Of a stretch of DNA of 56,246 nucleotides, positions 53,739 to 56,246 are shown piece after piece. Position 1 is the stretch's first letter. Every line of letters starts with the position of its first letter. The DNA is from a virus (Duplodnaviria; Caudoviricetes): IMG/VR virus record IMGVR_UViG_3300021335_000019, positions 1 to 56,246 of that record. One strand, 5' to 3'. The translations under genes and the position numbers were made by a program. A model generated the notes under the pieces. That model made no database searches, had not been told where the DNA came from, and saw nothing but the letters and a program-made list of their open reading frames with translations.

Positions 53739-53760
53739 GTGCCGGTTTTCAGAACGGAAT
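53739..53760 (-). promoter_or_regulatory. Pseudo-palindrome promoter element (copy 9)
   Basis: ATTCC-GTTCTGAAAACC-GGCAC, 31 nt, GATAGT. Confidence 0.55.
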
Positions 53761-54093
53761 GTCTTCGTTGCTCGGTGCTGCTGCTGCTGGCTGAGCAGAT
53801 ACGCGTGGCGGCAGCGTGAATTGATCAACGCTCAACTCAAGACTCTGGCCTTGGCTGCCGTCTTTCTTCTCATAAGTGCGCACCTTACCGCGACCTGCGA
53901 CGGTGATCGCAGATCCTTTCCGCAGGTACTGCATTGCCGTATCAGCGCGTTTGCCCCACACCTGGCAGTTGATCCATGTGGTTTCGTCTTTGCCGGTTTT
54001 GGCAGCAAGTGAGAAGTTTGCAACCTGCGATTGGCCGACATCCTTGAGCTCAGGATCCTGGCCAAGGTTGCCGTGTGCGGTGATGTTCAGCAT
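53749..54093 (-). CDS. ssb: Single-stranded DNA-binding protein
   Basis: GNLGQDPEL, TTWINCQVWGKRA, C-terminal EDIPF. Confidence 0.92.
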   Translation of the reverse strand: MLNITAHGNLGQDPELKDVGQSQVANFSLAAKTGKDETTWINCQVWGKRADTAMQYLRKGSAITVAGRGKVRTYEKKDGSQGQSLELSVDQFTLPPRVSAQPAAAAPSNEDIPF

Positions 54094-54098
54094 GGTGT

Positions 54099-54308
54099 TC
54101 AGTTCAGTGGTGTGATGCCATTGGCTTCCTCAAAAGCCAAGACGTGGGCAAGTGGATAACGAACCCGTGGCGTGCCAGCTGGTGTGCCAAAGCGCGGCAA
54201 GGTGAAGTATTGCGGACCAACGCCGCGTGTGCGTTGGTTTTTGATGGCGCTGGGTTTCAGGCCCCAGCGCTCAGCGAGTTGTTCAGTGGTCAGGTACGGT
54301 TCAGTCAT
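54099..54308 (-). CDS. Excisionase/AlpA-like HTH DNA-binding protein (paralogue of 52260-52457)
   Basis: [28 protein letters not shown]...VRYPLAHV. Confidence 0.8.
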   Translation of the reverse strand: MTEPYLTTEQLAERWGLKPSAIKNQRTRGVGPQYFTLPRFGTPAGTPRVRYPLAHVLAFEEANGITPLN

Positions 54309-55065
54309 CAGCAAACGGATCCTCTTCAACCTCGGTCAGTTCCTTCTCCTTGGCCATGAGCAACTCCAACAGTTGCGTCATCTGCTCATCGCTGAGATCT
54401 CCCGATCGAGCTTCCATGCGTTCCTGCAGCGCCTTGAGTCCATCGATGCTGGTAACTTTGGCGATGGCGGCTTTGCCGGCATTGAAAACCTTCTCGTCGC
54501 CTGCCGGTGCAGCCGGTGCTGGTTCAGCGGTAACGGTGACAGCTTGAACCTCCTCGACCTGATCCATCTCCTCAGAGCCGTAAACACCAGACAGATCAGC
54601 CGGGAATGCTTTACGCAATGCGAGGGCTTCGCTGCATTTGGCGATCATCGCAGCGCCCATCTTGCTCCACAAGCCTTGGCCAGCGTTGTAGTCCGCATAA
54701 CGCGCCACGCCTACGAATGGATGCTGGCTGCCCTTGCGGTGGATGATGGTCTTGGCCGCGGCGGGTGGTTTGCTGCCAAGCCAGACATCTTTCCATTCGC
54801 CATCTTCGCCGCACCAAAACGTCTCGGAACCATCAAGCTGGCCGGTGCGTTCAGCGATCGAGCGCAAGCCATCGATGCCGGCTTGGATGGTCATCTTGCC
54901 GCCACGCTTGATGGCGTAGATCTGTTTGCTAAACGGGTCGAGCCCAGTGCGTTGGCACGCATAGGCAAACATCCGCAGCTCATCAGCGCTGCAGCCTGGC
55001 GCGATCGTCGAGGCGATCAGCTGCTTTTGCTCTGGGGACCAGAGCGCAAGGGAACTAGAAGTCAT
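54301..55065 (-). CDS. bet: RecT/Bet-like single-strand annealing recombinase
   Basis: [38 protein letters not shown]. Confidence 0.9.
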   Translation of the reverse strand: MTSSSLALWSPEQKQLIASTIAPGCSADELRMFAYACQRTGLDPFSKQIYAIKRGGKMTIQAGIDGLRSIAERTGQLDGSETFWCGEDGEWKDVWLGSKPPAAAKTIIHRKGSQHPFVGVARYADYNAGQGLWSKMGAAMIAKCSEALALRKAFPADLSGVYGSEEMDQVEEVQAVTVTAEPAPAAPAGDEKVFNAGKAAIAKVTSIDGLKALQERMEARSGDLSDEQMTQLLELLMAKEKELTEVEEDPFADD

Positions 55066-55849
55066 CTGAAGTCAGTGTGTCGTGGGTGGTGGTGAATGCC
55101 CATTTGGGCAGGCTCAGTGGCTCGATGGTGTTGCTGTAACCAGGCCATTCGTTAATGGCGCGGCAATCAGCAATCATCCGCATGTTCTGCTTACGCAGCT
55201 CATTGCCGTGTTGCATGGCATCAGCATCGAGCTGATACACGCCAACGGCATACGGATAGGTCTTCTCTACTGCGATGAAGATGAACCGCTCAGCCGGTAG
55301 ACCAGCTAGGTAGTGACTGGCCTGAACATGGTAGCGGAAGGTGGCGCAGGATTTGGCGAAGCCGGCAGGTGATGCGTCGGTGGTGGTTTTGAGGTCAATC
55401 ACCGTGGCGCCATTGAGCCAATCCGGGCGGCACTTGCACCGCATTCCGGTGTCGGCATCATCCCACCAGAAGCTCTGCTCTGCCTGACCATCACGCAGCA
55501 GCTCAGCAGCGGCTTGGTGACTGCGGACAGCACCAGCCATCGCCAATGCTGCATCCATGTCAGCAGCGCTAACAGGCGTGATGCCTTTGGATTCCATCTC
55601 AGCAGCCAGTTCCTTACCGGCTTTGGTGCGGCGATCCGGCGCTAGGTCATAGCGATTGCGCAGCTCATCTGGTTCCAGCACAGCGGTGTGGACCAACGTG
55701 CCAAACAGCATTGCAGCGGTGGGTTTTACCGGCTGACGATCGGGATTCAGGTAGCGCGACCAGTAGTGATACGGCGACTTTGCCACCATGTGCAGATGGC
55801 TGGCACTGACAGCAGGGTCAGCGTGATACTCCTCATTGGTGATAATCAT
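55055..55849 (-). CDS. RecE/exonuclease VIII-like PD-(D/E)xK exonuclease
   Basis: [41 protein letters not shown]; adjacent to the recombinase. Confidence 0.88.
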   Translation of the reverse strand: MIITNEEYHADPAVSASHLHMVAKSPYHYWSRYLNPDRQPVKPTAAMLFGTLVHTAVLEPDELRNRYDLAPDRRTKAGKELAAEMESKGITPVSAADMDAALAMAGAVRSHQAAAELLRDGQAEQSFWWDDADTGMRCKCRPDWLNGATVIDLKTTTDASPAGFAKSCATFRYHVQASHYLAGLPAERFIFIAVEKTYPYAVGVYQLDADAMQHGNELRKQNMRMIADCRAINEWPGYSNTIEPLSLPKWAFTTTHDTLTSDDF

Positions 55850-56013
55850 CGCTCAACCCACTCCCCGCACCAGTCATCGTCAGCAACACCTGGCCACCAT
55901 GCGTTGCGACCCTCTTCATAGCTTGGTCGCGGTGCATGGCGATGGCATCTGCACGCCTGGGGGTGCCAGTATCGGCAGTTTTCGCAACACTGCTCTTCGA
56001 GTGGTGTGTTCAT
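55846..56013 (-). CDS. Cys-rich mini-protein (55 aa) with HiPIP-like cysteine spacing
   Basis: CENCRYW...CHRHAP...WPGV..DDWCGEW; ATGA overlap with the exonuclease. Confidence 0.6.
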   Translation of the reverse strand: MNTPLEEQCCENCRYWHPQACRCHRHAPRPSYEEGRNAWWPGVADDDWCGEWVER

Positions 56014-56120
56014 TGGCGTAGTCGTGGGTGGTGGCCGGGATTGGTGACGGCTCCCGGTGGGCCGTGTGGGTGGTCAGACCTCGGCGACCCTTGGGATCGA
56101 GTTGGCGACCGAGGCGCCGA

Positions 56121-56246
56121 TAGAGCCGGCCCAATACTCGTAGAAACTGGGCTTCTCTGCCAGGGCCTCCAGGGCGGCGGCCTCCGTTCTGAATTTGCCT
56201 GGGAGAACGTACTGGCCGCTGGCCAGTACCCAGGAGCGGCGGATTT
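56121..56246. repeat. Terminal direct repeat, right copy
   Basis: Identical to 9-134. Confidence 0.9.

Noticed and set aside
1-56246. Photosynthesis auxiliary genes (psbA, hli) or tRNA genes
   Set aside because: No ORF or sequence with the expected motifs was recognised by eye; a tRNAscan/HMM run would be needed to exclude them fully.

Overview
The window looks like a complete or near-complete ~56.1 kb long-tailed (siphovirus-type) phage genome: its two ends share a 126-bp repeat and one small gene runs across the junction. The host is probably a picocyanobacterium (inferred from the RpoD-like sigma factor, thyX and the small-gene families). Minus-strand early/replication genes (VRR-NUC, two helicases, DNA MTase, RecE/RecT-like pair, SSB, ThyX, sigma factor, metallophosphoesterase) flank a plus-strand block: primase-VapE, beta clamp, terminase, portal, head, tail, tail fibres, lysis and dCTP deaminase. 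I recognised no integrase, reverse transcriptase, tRNA or CRISPR array. The most unusual element is a ~4 kb array (47.6-51.6 kb) of mini-genes joined by a repeated junction. It includes a paralogue family in which nucleotide-identical constant blocks (a 46-bp core in three exact copies, 38-bp tails) flank unrelated variable segments, consistent with a recombination-shuffled cassette system. Also notable: nine promoters with a 22-bp pseudo-palindrome 30-31 bp upstream of a -10 box, a candidate structured RNA, CUGCG-loop hairpins before the scaffold and capsid genes, an apparent +1 tail-chaperone frameshift, and several module-swap scars and pseudogenes. All product calls come from motifs and gene order only; no database searches were run.
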